The notes under the pieces are model-generated. The model was not told where the DNA came from, made no database searches, and worked only from the letters and a program-made list of their open reading frames with translations. A stretch of 64,000 nt of DNA from Sphaerodactylus townsendi (taxonomy: Eukaryota). Made by a program: the position numbers and the translations under genes. The DNA lies in contig NC_059441.1 of the NCBI RefSeq assembly GCF_021028975.2, forward strand, positions 18,476,001 through 18,540,000. The letters are read 5' to 3'. Position 1 is the stretch's first letter. Every line of letters starts with the position of its first letter. Positions 50,119 through 62,725 of this stretch are shown here, one piece after another.

Positions 50119-51876
50119 GTAGTTTGCTATACGCTGGGTCTAGGATTATGTTTAACTGTTTTTTAATGTTTTATATTGTAAGCTGCCCTGAGCCTGGAAG
50201 GGGAGGGTAATTAAATTGAATCAATCAATAAACAAAAATATATGAAAAGCATAATATAAACAAGAACATCCGCCAACTGCTACCATTTTACTTTGCACCT
50301 TGCCCTCCTACAACTCTCTCCAAAACCAGAAACCAAATCCATGTGATACATTTATTTTATTAGTGAGGTTAGCCCTAATAAAAGGTACCGAACACATGAA
50401 ACTGCTTATACTGAATCAGATGCTCATGGTCATTACTGTCGACTCGGACTGGCAGCAACTCCCCAGGGTTTCAAACTGGAGGTCACGGTAACCAGAAACG
50501 CCAGGAATTGAACCTGGGACTGTCTGCATGCCAAGGCGATGCTCTACTACAGAGCCCTGTTTGGTTTCTGGTTCTGGAATAAAAACAGCACCAGTCTTTA
50601 AGGAACTACAAGAAGACTCCTGTTTTCCCCACACCCTAGTTGGCCATTCCAGCACTCAACCACTACCCAACACTAGTCCTGTTCACAATTTATAACAACG
50701 GCACATACAGTCTGAATACAGAATAACCTTGATTTTTCTTCATATTCACATAAAGCAATTCTCGCATTGTGTTCAAAGCTTCTGCAGACCAACATATCAT
50801 TCGAACTGCACTTTTTACCCAGGCATGGCTCCCTGGTTTCCTTTGCAATGTGGTCTCCTCTGTGAGGTGAACATGCATTCGCTCTGTATCACAAACAGGT
50901 TTTCACACTAGGGTGTTGTGGGTTTTCAGAGGCCACAGATGCCAGCTGGAAGATGCCAGCCACAGATGCAGGCAAAACATCAGGAGAAAATGCTACTGGA
51001 ACATGGCCATACAACCCAGAAAACCTGCAACACCCTAGTGATTCTGGCCACAAAAGCCTTCAACAATACAGGTTTCACTCTACTGTTTTTACTACTGCTG
51101 CCTCCCTGCTTCTCTCACCCTGCTGGTCCCCATCAATTATTTATCATGCCCCTCCAACCAGCACTAGAGTTGGAGTGAAACCTATCACAAGTCTTTCAAG
51201 TGTAAATTCTCCATGGTAAAAAAAGAGGAAGGAGCTGAGGTAAAAAGGTGTGAATCCTCTCATAAAACTTCCAGATGTGAATATGCAACTAGATAGAATT
51301 AACAGTTAATAGGAGAGAAGGGTCCTAATTTAAAAAGCCTGGGGGGACGACATAGAATGTCTGAAACTGTTTTGCACTTTTCTAACTTTTGTAATCCTAG
51401 ATCTATCGCAGAGTTAACAAGATCCATCATGATATTCAATTACCGTACATACCCTTATGCCAGGGGCCTCCAACTTATGGCTGTCCTGATGTTCACAGAC
51501 TACCATTGCCATCAGACCCTACAAGCCCAGTCAATTGGCAGAACTGATGGGAATCACAGTCCATGAACATCTGGAGGGCCATAGGTTGGAGACCCTTGCT
51601 TTATACCATGTATCCATTTTGAGTCTCAAGTACAAAATGGGTCAATAAAGAATAATAATAATAATGGAAATAAACAATAATGGGTTGATCATCACTGTAC
51701 TCACTTACCCTCCTATTGAAAATTTCCTGGCTATAGGCATGGTCCTAGCTGACCCCTCCAACACTGAACCACTACCCAACACTACTCCTGTTCGTAATGA
51801 CAGCACATACAACCCAAATAGTTCCTATGAATGTTCCTACGTGGGTTTTCTGCCATCTTGTTGGTAATTGGTTTTA

Positions 51877-52844
51877 ACTGTAAGAAATAATGCACCGCAC
51901 TCAGGCTGATAAGTGGACTGTATTTCTGATAAATCTCAGAACCATGTCACATTCAAATGCTATGTATAATCAATTGTCTTATTGCCCTTATTTTTCTATT
52001 ATCTAAGTACATCTTATTCTTCTGTAATCTAAATCAAATTATTAAATTCAGTATATACACACTAATATCTAAGCATACATATCATCATATAACATTATAC
52101 ATTAAGATTGCCAACTGTTCTCAATATCATAGTCAAACACTATGCAAAGGAATGACCCACGTGCACTCAGTTGGATCAAAGTCAGTTCAATAGTTGCCGT
52201 GACTGGGGAAATTTAAAGGTATAGTGCCATCTATAGTCCGTGTCCATTCATAATTCTGTGCTCTCTCTTATCAAATAATACATCATGACCTGTATGCTGC
52301 TAATACAAATATTATTTGTGATCCTGGGAGTTCCCTTCCACGTTCGTCCTCAGAACTGTTGGGAAACTCCCCGGTTGAATTTCTGTCTGACGATCAATAC
52401 AAGGGATGTATAGAACGCATCACTCCGTTTTCGGAAAACCTTCAATAGTATCTCTTTTCAATAATTATTTTGCCATCTAATGGGCAAAATAATTGTTTAT
52501 AGACTTAATTGGTTGCACCTGAGGTATTTAACTTACCTGCTCCATGCTTCTCTTATTCTCTTGAAGTCTTAAAGTGAATTAATAAATGATATTAAGAACA
52601 GTTGGCAATCTTAATGTATAATGTTATATGATGATATGTATGCTTAGATATTAGTGTGTATATACTGAATTTAATAATTTGATTTAGATTCCAGAAGAAT
52701 AAGAATGTATGTACTTAGATAATAGAAAAATAAGGGCAATAAGACAATTGTATATACATAGCACTTGAGTGTGACATGGTTCTGGGATTTATCAGAAATA
52801 CAGTCCACTTATCAGCCTGAGTGCGGTACGTTGTTTCTTACAGT
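51877..52844. repeat. Long inverted repeat (arms 51877-52130 and 52586-52844)
   Basis: The arms are near-perfect reverse complements over ~255 bp with a ~455-bp spacer. Confidence 0.9.
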
Positions 52845-52991
52845 ATGTTTTGCATTGCACTCCCATTTGGTAATTGGTTGTAATCCTTATACCTTTTCTC
52901 CTGTTTTTATATTATTGTATTGTTTTACCATATGTTCGTATGTAAGCCGCCTTGAGTCCCTCTGGGAGACTGGCGTAGTGGAAATGTAAAA

Positions 52992-53447
52992 CTATGGACC
53001 TATATGGATTTAGATCTGTTGACTGGGACTTCGCAAATTAACGACACACAAGAAGATTGGTCACTTCTGAAAGAGTATTCTGAGACAACATTTTCTGTAT
53101 CCTAAAACAAATTATTATGAAAGTTATTTGTTCACTCACCTGTTTTTGGTTTTCTTATACGGTATTCTAATTGAGCATAGTAAACTAAGTTAAGTTTAAA
53201 AATATATGAGTTAAGAAGCTAGCAATGGAAATCTAAGTTAAAGTTGGAGTAAAATAACAACGATTGGTTGAAGTCTAAACAGTTTTGAATATAAGTTTGA
53301 ATAACAGTTTTGAATATAATATATACATTAAGACAAACCCCGGTATGGGGTATGTAAATTGAAACGGATTATTGCTTATTTTAAATGATATTAGATGGCT
53401 ATTTGTATGTATTAAAATATTTGAAACTCAATAAAAAATTAAAAAAA
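52992..53447 (+). mobile_element. 5'-truncated L1/Tx1-like LINE end
   Basis: Short ORF end LWTYMDLDLLT...EDWSLLKEY, AT-rich 3'UTR, AATAAA plus A-tail, 11-bp TSD GAAATGTAAAA (52981-52991 / 53448-53458). Confidence 0.7.
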
Positions 53448-53689
53448 GAAATGTAAAATATTCATATATAAAAACACAGAATACCCTTCTTTAATTCACA
53501 CCAAGCCATTTCCGCGTTGCACTGAACGCTTCTGCAGCTCAAGATGAGATCCCAACCCTGCTTTTTAAGCCCGATTTCCTGCGCGCGAAGTGAATGCGCG
53601 TTGGCTCTTTCTCACGAACGGCGTCCACGCGTCCGCCGTCACGTGCAGCCGGGGCTGCGGCCTGCCCGCTCCCCTCGCCACAGACGGAC

Positions 53690-54102
53690 CTGAGCAAGGC
53701 CAAGAAGGCGGCGGGCTCCACGTCGGGCAGCTCGATCTCGGCCGAAGTGGTGGCCATGCCGCCGTTGAACATGGCGTCGAAGACGGCGCTGCCGGCAGCC
53801 AGGACGAAGCGGTGGGCGGGGATGCGCTGCTGGCCGGGCCCGGGGCCTCCTCCGCCGGTCCTCGACCCGCCTTTGCCCACCACGAAGCGCACGTCGCTGA
53901 GCAGCTCGTTGGCGAAGAGGAAGGCGAAGCGCTCCCGCAGCGACCGCTTCGTGGCTTGCCAGTTGTACACCGGCTCTCGCTGCACCACCACCGGAGCCGG
54001 GGGGGAGGCGGCGGCGGCAGCGGCAACGGCCGCCATCCCCTCAGACTCCGCCGCAGCCGCGGCCGCGGCCGCCGTCGCCTCAGGGCCGCCCGCGGCCGCC
54101 AT
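53690..54102 (-). CDS. BTBD1: BTBD1 exon 1 (Ala-rich N-terminus and start of BTB domain)
   Basis: [12 protein letters not shown]...[46 protein letters not shown]; donor AG|GTCCGT, phase 2. The 8 exons sum to 1461 nt = 486 aa + stop. Confidence 0.97.
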
Positions 54103-54530
54103 TGCTCAGATCGCCTCAGCGGGACGCGGCGATCTGCGCATGCGCTCCCTGAACCGATTATTACCCGTTCATGCGCCCCTCCGTTTCTTCTGCGCAGGCG
54201 CAGCGGCCGGTGAACGACCTGCATTTCTTCTGCGCAGGCGCAGCCGAAGAAAAAACAAGAAAGGGTCATAGAGAGTAGCAAAAAGAGTTCTTTAGCACCA
54301 CAGGTCTGGTTGGACGCTTCCTGTCCGGCGCTGAGCTTATGTATTCAATGACAGCCAATGGAAGACTCCACTCTAATGGAGGTGGCCGCGAGACAGCCAT
54401 ACGGCTCTCCCCTTCCGCTGATGAGGTTGCCTTTTCCATGTTTACCAGGCTTTAAGGCAGTGCGAAATTGTATTTCTGTTTTGTATTTCTAGGGGGCGGC
54501 CTGTTGTGACGCAGGCGCAGTAGATGTTTG
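54103..54530 (-). promoter_or_regulatory. BTBD1 CpG-island promoter / 5'UTR
   Basis: NRF1 TGCGCATGCGC ~54136; GCGCAGGCGCA-type motifs ~54191, ~54231, ~54510; GC box GGGGGCGG ~54492; CCAAT ~54356. Confidence 0.75.
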
Positions 54531-54630
54531 GTGGGTATGAATGAAGACAATTGCATTACGGCAGCCTGGATTGTCAATTCATGTTGAAAATAATTTAAAA
54601 AAAATTAAATTCATGTGAATTTTTAAATTC

Positions 54631-54919
54631 AGGAGCAGCAGTGGCGTAGTGGTTAAGAGAAGGTGCATTCTAATCTGGAGGAACCGGGTTTGATTCCCCG
54701 CTCTGCCGCTTGAGTTACGGATGCTTATCTGAGGAATTCAGATTATCTGGGGAGTTCAGCTGGGTGACCTTGGGCTAGTCACAGTTCTTCGGAGCACTCT
54801 CAGCTCCACCTACCTCACAGGGTGTTTGTTGTGAGGGGGGAAAGGAAAGGAGATTGTAAACCCCTTTTCCTACAGGAGAGAAAGGGGGGATATAAATCCA
54901 AACTCCTCTTCTTCGTCTT
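54631..54919 (+). mobile_element. CORE-SINE
   Basis: Full-length copy just upstream of the BTBD1 promoter. Confidence 0.85.
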
Positions 54920-56867
54920 AAAAGTAAAATGCATGATGCTGATTCGTGTGACTTTAATTTAAAAAAAATAATTTTTTATTTAATAAATTATTTTTAATAA
55001 ATTATGTTTTAAAGGGGTAAACATGACAGTTTTTGAGAGGAAGTAATTCCAAAGGGATAGTCTTATAGGCAGACTAATTCCAGACTAAGCTCACCTATTG
55101 ATTTCATGGTGCGTTTCAGAAGTCTTGCTGTGCCTTAAGAACTAACATTTTAGTTCTTTATTTAGCACTTACATTTAATTTAGCAAGGTTTATTTTAGCA
55201 TAAACCTTCGGAGAGTCAGGCACCGCTTCCTCAAGTGATTTTGCAATCACCTAGATCCACACTGTTTGCTTTGCTTCTCTTAAAAGCGCTCCTCTCGTTT
55301 ACTTCTGAGTGCCAAGATAGGCCTTGGTCTTGCCATGTCTCCAGGTGAGGATGGGAGAATGTGGCATCCTGGCTGTTGCTGCCAGTAATAGTGTTATTTA
55401 GAGCTATGTTATGCTATGTAGAAATGTGCGGGCTAATTGTACTTGCAATTTAAGGGAGTTTGAACCTGGGTCCTTACAGCATGGTCTTGGCCGCTGGTGG
55501 GAAGATGAATATGTGCTATTCTGCTCTCCGTACATTATCTTCTACTGTTTTACTACTGTTTTTCTGAATAGTATAACATAAAATGTCTCATATGTTATGC
55601 TTTGTTTCCAATTTCTATAATCCTGGTTCTACATGGTTTATTAGTTGTCTCATCCTATTGACTACATCGTTTTATGCTGTGTTATCCGTCCTGGGTCTTG
55701 GTGAGAAAGGTGGACTATAAAGTAAACAAGTGCTACTGTTGCTGTTTGGAAGAACAAGAGATATGACATCCACCAGAACCTAATGATACCTCATTTTGTA
55801 TCAGACAAGATTTTGGGAGAGGTGGGATAAAAAATGTCCTCAGCAAACAAATAATTGTGCTGCAGAGATACTAATTAACCAAATCTGCGTTATGGTAAGC
55901 AATTGATCTGCATCAGCAGGAAACCAACTCAAGCCTTATTACTTGAGATGTGCTTGAGTGGGAAGTCTGCTTTTTCCAACACAGAGATCTCTTTTGCCAT
56001 CTGCTGGATAGTTTTGGAGTACTTTTAAAATGTTCCTGGACCCTGATAGTATTTGCTGTCTTGACTTGGCCAGGTCTGTGGTAGACTTTGCTTAACTGTG
56101 AAAAGCACTGAGGTTCTATCTAGGCAAAATTCAGACTCTCTTTGAGAAAGCAAAAATTACTTTAAGAATACCTTCCATGCAGTGCAAGAAATTGCTTTGT
56201 ATTGAGCTGGGCTTAGGGGAAAATAAGGAAAGATTGCTGCAACTCCTTTCCCCCACTAGTGGTAGGAAAATCCATGTGGGCGATTCAGAGCATTCAAGAA
56301 TAACAGCAGGAATCTTTTTAATCTTTGGCTGGAAACGAATGCCAGAATATTGTTGCCAGTACGCTGAACATTTGGGGAACCACTTGACATTCTTTCCTGC
56401 TTAGAGCTCTACCTCATTAGAGCGCATTAATACATATGTTTCCTCTTTCCGACACAGGATGTTTGGTTAGCGGGTTGTTTCCTTCACCATGCGCAAAATA
56501 CTTCTTGAAGTTTGCAACGCGGCCAGTTTCTTGGCTCAGAAGAACAGCCTGATTATCGTTCTCTCCATCCTCCCCAGTGTACGCATCTCCTCCTGGGGAT
56601 GCTGCTTTTCAGATCGCTATAAGCAACAGTCGACTTGAAGGTTTAATGCTCCAAGATTATGAAACAGTTCTATGGAATGGCTCTGGCACAAAGGTTCACT
56701 TGCAAAGGATCAGCTGTGGTCAAACAGAGCTCCCCAACATGTACAGTAGAGTTATTCTAAGATCACAGCCCTTGGGAACAAATTCCACTGAATTCACTGG
56801 GACTGACTTCTGCCTAAATATGCTTAGGGGAGGGGTTCCAGTAGACAACTCTGTTTAAAACTGGAAA

Positions 56868-57179
56868 GCAGCAGTGGCGTAGGAGGTTAAGAGCTCATGT
56901 ATCTAATCTGGAGGAACCGGGTTTGATTCCCAGCTCTGCCACCTGAGTTGTGGAGGCTTATCTGGGGAATTCAGATTAGCCTGTACACTCCCACACACGC
57001 CAGCTGGGTGACCTTGGGCTAGTCACAGCTTCTCGGAGCTCTCAGCCCCACCTACCTCACAGGGTGTTTGTTGTGAGGGGGAAGGGCAAGGAGATTGTAA
57101 GCCCCTTTGAGTCTCCTACAGGAGAGAAAGGGGGGATATAAATCCAAACTCCTCCTTCTCCTCCTCCTCCTCCTTCTTC
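56868..57179 (+). mobile_element. CORE-SINE flanked by a 126-bp direct duplication
   Basis: Full-length copy; flanks 56742-56867 and 57180-57305 differ at 6 of 126 positions. Confidence 0.88.
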
Positions 57180-59759
57180 TACAGTAGAGCTATTCTAAGA
57201 CCACAGCCCTTGGGAACAAATTCCACTGAATTCACTGGGACTGACTTCTGCCTAAACATGCTTAGGGGCGGGGTTCCAGTAGACAGCTCTGTATAAAACT
57301 GGAAAATGGTACTTCTGCTCATGTACAGAGTTGCCTATTAACCTGGCTCCTTAGCAGCAGCCTGAATAATCATCTTCCAGTGGCTGCAGATTGGTGGTGC
57401 AAAAAGTCGTCATATCGCAGCTGGCTTATAGAGGGACCCCACGGGGTTTTGTAGGCAAGAAATGTTTGGAGGTGGTCCGCCATGACCTGCCTCTGAAGAT
57501 TTCTAGAAGACAGATGGGAGCAGGCAGAAGGGTGCGTGTGAAGAAACAGCAGTCAGTGTTTGGCACGGACAAAAATATTTAAAGAGGAAGTACCTTTAGA
57601 TCAAGGGTCTCCCTATCCGGATCGGATATGGGGTGGCAGATCAGCTGGTTTGTAGGCGTGCTTTTCTGCAGAGCAGGATTCACACACAAACTGAATAAGC
57701 CACCTTGCAGCCTCTGTTTACGAAGGCCTTTTTATAGGGCTTCTTAATCTTGACATAGCTTAGGATCTCAGTATGTCTTAATCAGAGACGTACTGGGCAA
57801 AAATGGCACCTGGGGCATGACCGGCTCCCAGCGCGCCCCCCCTTGCCCAGCTCCCCATGCCCCCCTCCCAGCGCCCCACTTACAGCAGCCAGCGGGAAGG
57901 CCGGGGGGAGGGGCTCGGTGGTGGGCTGGGGTGGCTGGGGGAGGGGCTCGGCTTCAAGCCACCAAGCCCCACCCCCGGTCTTCCTGCCCCCCCAGATATG
58001 GAGGGCAGGAGCTGGTCATGTGGGGAGGTGCACCGCATTATTGTAGGCATACTCCGCGTAAGGTAACAGATCCGCCCAATTATCTTGATGATAATTAGTA
58101 TAGCTTATCTTCTCCATATCTGGGGAGGGCAGGAGCTGGCCTGCAGGGAGGCAGGGGGGTTAACCCGGCCAGTGAGCAGCGCCCCGCCATGTGGGCAGCA
58201 CCAGCTGGGGTGCCACAGTGCGGGAGAGGCAAGGCGCAGGGACCCGCCCAGCGTGCGCCTGGTGACATGGAACACCCTGGCTTAATTTGGTCCTGCTTCT
58301 ATTCTTCCATTTCAGCTCCATCTGTGTATCTGTCAATCAAGCAACTATAACAAGGCACCGCAATGCTCCAGTCATGTCTCTCCTCCAAAGGAAGCCAAAC
58401 CCAGGTAGCCCTTCCTCCGGAAATTCTTACTGCTTAAGGACACAAACCTCCCGTGCAGTTTTGACCCAGTCTGGACTCTGGCTTACCTAAGCAAAGCATA
58501 TTCCCAGGGGATAGACGTGCCAATCTGTTAAACCAAAACCGCAATAGCGAAGTATCTTGCGGCACACTCAAGACTTACTGGGAGAAACGTTTGTCAGATG
58601 CATAGAAGTGTTATCTGCAGGTGATTTTATACACATGCAGGACTAGAGAAAAAAGACCCGACACCCCCCCACCCTTTGTGATTTTTGTATTGCATCTATC
58701 TGCCAAATAGAAAACGTGGCTCCTGCTCCACAAACATGGAAGTCACAGTAAAGCTGTTCGTCTTTACAAGAGGCTTGGTTGCAGGCAGGGGCTCCTTCCG
58801 CACATGCAGAATAATGCACTTTCCAACTGCTTTCAATGCTCTTTGAAGCTGTGCGGAATGGCAAAATCCACTTGCAAACAGTTGTGAAAGTGGTTTGAAA
58901 ACGCATTATTCTGCGTGTGCGGAAGGGCCCAGGGTTTCAAGTCAGTTAGCAAGTCCATTATCACCATTAACCCTTAGGGGGTTGTTAGCCAATAACTGGT
59001 CCTGAAATCTCCCTCCAATTACAGACCCAGCTTGGTAAAAAGAAAAAAAACACACCTTTTTTGCCGGCAAGAGGGAGAACACAAGCAACTAGCCTTACCC
59101 ATTCATTCACTCCTTTGGAAATGCATCAGCCGGAGCTTTGGAGGAGGGTTTTTTGGTAAGAAGCAGGATAATGTTTTAGCTTTGGACGCTTCCCTCCCCT
59201 CCCTTGCATGCCACCCCTCACTCTCCCCTCCCCCACCCTCCGCCAGGTTCCGATGCCAGGCCCCCTCCCTCCCTTGCATGCAGAATAATGCACTTTCAAA
59301 GCACTTTGCAGCTGGATTTTACTGTGCCGAATAGCAAAATCCACTTTCGAACAATTGTGAAAGTGGATTGAAAGTGCATTATTCTGCATGTGCGGAAAGG
59401 GCCTTTGAGAGCCACCAGTTTCATTTATGTATTTGTTCCATTTGCTATGCTTCCGCCCCCCCCCCCCCAAAGGGCTCTGGGTGTCATACAACAGAATACT
59501 GAACATCAAATATAACACTCCATAAAAATAGCATAAAGCCATTAAGTTTAAAACAGTAGAACGGCGCAAAGTCTTCAGATAGCGATCAACATTTCGTCCC
59601 TCGAGGGCAGTCCAGATGTTACAGTCCCCAGAGTAAAATAAAGGTAGAATAGAACAAAATTACAGAATGACAGGAATGGCACATAATCAATGGCTACCCC
59701 CCCCCCTCCAAAAAACCCGGTGGGACAGTTCTGTTTTACAAGCCCTGCGGAATTGTTTT

Positions 59760-60207
59760 CCCTGTTGGTGGGACATTTTTGTAATCCGCCGGGGGCCATG
59801 GCCAGAAAGGCGGCTTATAAAGAAAACAAAACCGCCCCAGAGTGCCCGGGCGCAGCCCCGCTGGCCGCCCGTTCCTCTGGCAAAACCGGCCTCACCGCGG
59901 GGAGCCCCCTGCTGCCCTCCTCCGCAGCCTCGTTTTCCCAGCCCGGGGCGCGGCGCCAGGAGGGTCCCGGGCCTGTGGGCACCCCCGAGCTAGGCCCCGC
60001 CTCGTCCCCGCCCGCTGGGAGGAGGCGAGAGGAGCGCGGGGGCGCCGGCTGAGTCGGGGGGCGGCCAGTCCCGGCCGGGCGGCGGCAGGATGCGGCTGGG
60101 AGGCGCGGCGCTGCTCGGGAGGCGGCGCGCCCTCGGAGGGACCTCGCCTCTCCAAGCGCGCCCGGGCCAGGGAGGCGGCTCGGGCTGACCCGGCTGAGCA
60201 GGGCAGG
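59760..60207 (+). promoter_or_regulatory. TM6SF1 CpG-island promoter / 5'UTR
   Basis: Very GC/CpG-rich with several GC boxes (CCCCGCC, GGGGCGG) directly upstream of the ATG. Confidence 0.75.
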
Positions 60208-60299
60208 ATGAGCGCCTCGGCCGCCACCGGCGTCTTCGTCTTGTCCCTCTCGGCCATCCCGGTCACCTACCTGGTCAACGCCTGGCCGGCCGCGGGCAG
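60208..60299 (+). CDS. TM6SF1: TM6SF1 coding exon 1 (rest of gene not seen in window)
   Basis: MSASAATGVFVLSLSAIPVTY matches the recalled human TM6SF1 N-terminus; donor AG|GTAAGC, phase 2; synteny with BTBD1. Confidence 0.92.
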
Positions 60300-62725
60300 G
60301 TAAGCCACCGGACCGGGGAGAGAGAGGGAGTGAAGGGCGCTTTGCGCGTCTGGAAAGCGGGCTCGGGTCAGGGCAAGGAGGCTTTTGCGCGCGTCTGTGC
60401 CTCGGGCTGCGCAGCGCTCCCGGGTCTGGGTGGCAGGGAAGCTCTCCAAGGGGCGCGTATTTGCGCTTCTCGCAACTTGGTGGATGACCTGTGCAGGTCG
60501 CGGTTTATCTGCCCCGTGCTTCATCGCCTTGCTTCCGAGTAAGCGCAGAAGACGCGTGGATCTTGCCTGGAATCGGGATCTTGGTTGGATCTTGGCTGGG
60601 TGCGGCGCGCACGTTTGCTCTTTTATGTTTTCACGTAGGTTTTGTGCCATCTTGTTTGTAATGGGTTTCAATGTTTATATCTTTTATCGTGCCTTATGTT
60701 GTTGTATTGTTTTATTATATGTCCATATGTAAGCTGCCTCGAGTCCTCTTGGGAGATTGGCGGGGTAGAAATGTAAAATAGAAACAAACAAACAAACAAA
60801 CAGTTTTTTGGCTTCCAGGGGTCAGTGCTTCTGCTTGGGTTCAGTTTCTACAGCGCCACTTATTCCTCCTGACTGGCACTGTTCAGACGTGGCGAAACCA
60901 CCCACAAGAGGCTTAAGGAGCTTATTTTAGGCATGAAGGGGGGCAAACCCATGTCTGTTGTTGGATTCCCCCAGTCTTAGCGTCCCTGGCACAATACGTA
61001 GAAATATAGCATTGGACGTGACCTCTGAGGTCATCTAGTCCAACCCCCTTCACAACATAGGATATTCACAATGACTCTCCCCATCCCCGCAGTGACCCCT
61101 GATATATATGGCAAAAGACTACCCTCTGTATCCAGGCATATGGATCGAAGATCGCAGCGCTTCTACAGTTCCCTGTGAAAATGCTCTAGCGCATAGGTGT
61201 CAAACTCGCAGCCCTCCAGATGTTATGGACTACAGTTCCCATCATCCCCTGCCAGTGCCATCCTAAGCAGAGTTATGCATTTTAAAATTATGATCAGTGT
61301 GCTTAGATAGGCTGGTAACTCGGCTTGGGAGTACAGTGTAGAAATGCTTTCCCGCTTTCGTGGCATCGCTATAAACCTGGGGACATCACTAGAATATATA
61401 TTCCATTAAAAAAAAAAGTATTTTCTGTTTTTCCTTCCCCATAAGTGTACAAATGCTGAAAAATACAATATTATTTTAATAATGACATTTGAAGACATAT
61501 CCTTTCTCAAGGGATGTGCGTGACCTTTCAGAATAGTTGCTTTTGCTCCTTTGTAACCTGTGATAGCCAGAGAACTTTCTCAGTAGGTGTGCTTTAAGTC
61601 CAAGATAGCAGGCCTGTTCAACCCACTTTAAAAAACAACTAAAACCTGGGAAGTATATTATAACACAGTGGGAGTAATGGATGTTTTTGTGTGGATTGGT
61701 TTTCATTTCCCCCTGCACACTGTTTCTGTCCACCATGTTTTTATCTTGCCCTTCCCACAAAGAGCCCTCCTTTTTTTATCTTGACAACAACCTGGCGAGG
61801 AAGGCAATGCTGAGGGAGACTGCTGGGCCCAAGATCACCCAATAAACTTCTTGATGTGAGCATTTGAACCTGCGGCTCCTGAGTTCTAGTCTGACGCTCT
61901 ACCACACCACACCTATCTCTTGACAGCTGTTTGTTTCTTATTGCTTCCTTCACATCTGTAGATCTTTGACTGCAAAGGCCAAAATGTGCAAATTACCTCC
62001 TTGGAATTCTAAATGCATTAAATGCAAAACCCAGTTTAAATGGTGTGCTTGGAAACTACCTCAAACTACCTGCAAAGTAGCCAAAGGATGGCAAAAGTAG
62101 ATACTGTTCGTTTGTTAGGTTGCTTACATAAGCACTGGTGGTATTTTTAGAAGCAGTGTTGTGTAGCCTGCAAGGGACATTGTGTGAAGAGAGGAACAAT
62201 AGCTAGTGGCTGGCTTCATAGCCGGAAGTGGCAGGATAGTCACTGATCCAGAACAGGGCTCGGCGTCTGGACCTGTCTGGAAGCCCTAACTCAATATTTA
62301 AGGTTTCACACTTATTGGTAAGCAGTGAGAAGAAAGTATGTGTTCCAGAGACTCTCCACTGCTTCTTTGCCTTTTAAAGCTCAGCAGTGGCATAAAAGGA
62401 TCCTAGCTGCCATAAAAAAAACACAGCTAGACTACTGCAATCCTATCTGTATGGGTCAGTCCTTGTAGAGTGTTCAGAATCTGCAACTGATCCAGAATGA
62501 TTCACTTTGAATGTTAGTGGTGACTTTCCTTGAGGAGCATATTTCATCTCTGCTTCAAAACTGTCATTGATTACCAGTTTCTAGGCCTAACGATACCACA
62601 AATGCTCTGGCACCAGTATGGATCAAGCCATAAATGGCCTGGCGCCTAACCCTATGTGAATCATTCCAGACCCATAGCTCCTAAGATGATGGTTGTTAGA
62701 GACCTTCTGGTTGCAGGATCTCTCA

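Noticed and set aside
50495-50556. tRNA gene on - strand
   Set aside because: Degenerate tRNA-like head joined to a CR1-like tail, so a SINE; no intact cloverleaf. The same applies to all CORE-SINE heads.
53565-54281. Long overlapping ORFs of 207-238 aa on both strands
   Set aside because: Shadow frames of GC-rich BTBD1 exon 1 and its CpG island; no recognisable protein.
59842-60207. Upstream in-frame extension of TM6SF1
   Set aside because: Non-ATG start in a CpG island; homology begins at ATG 60208.
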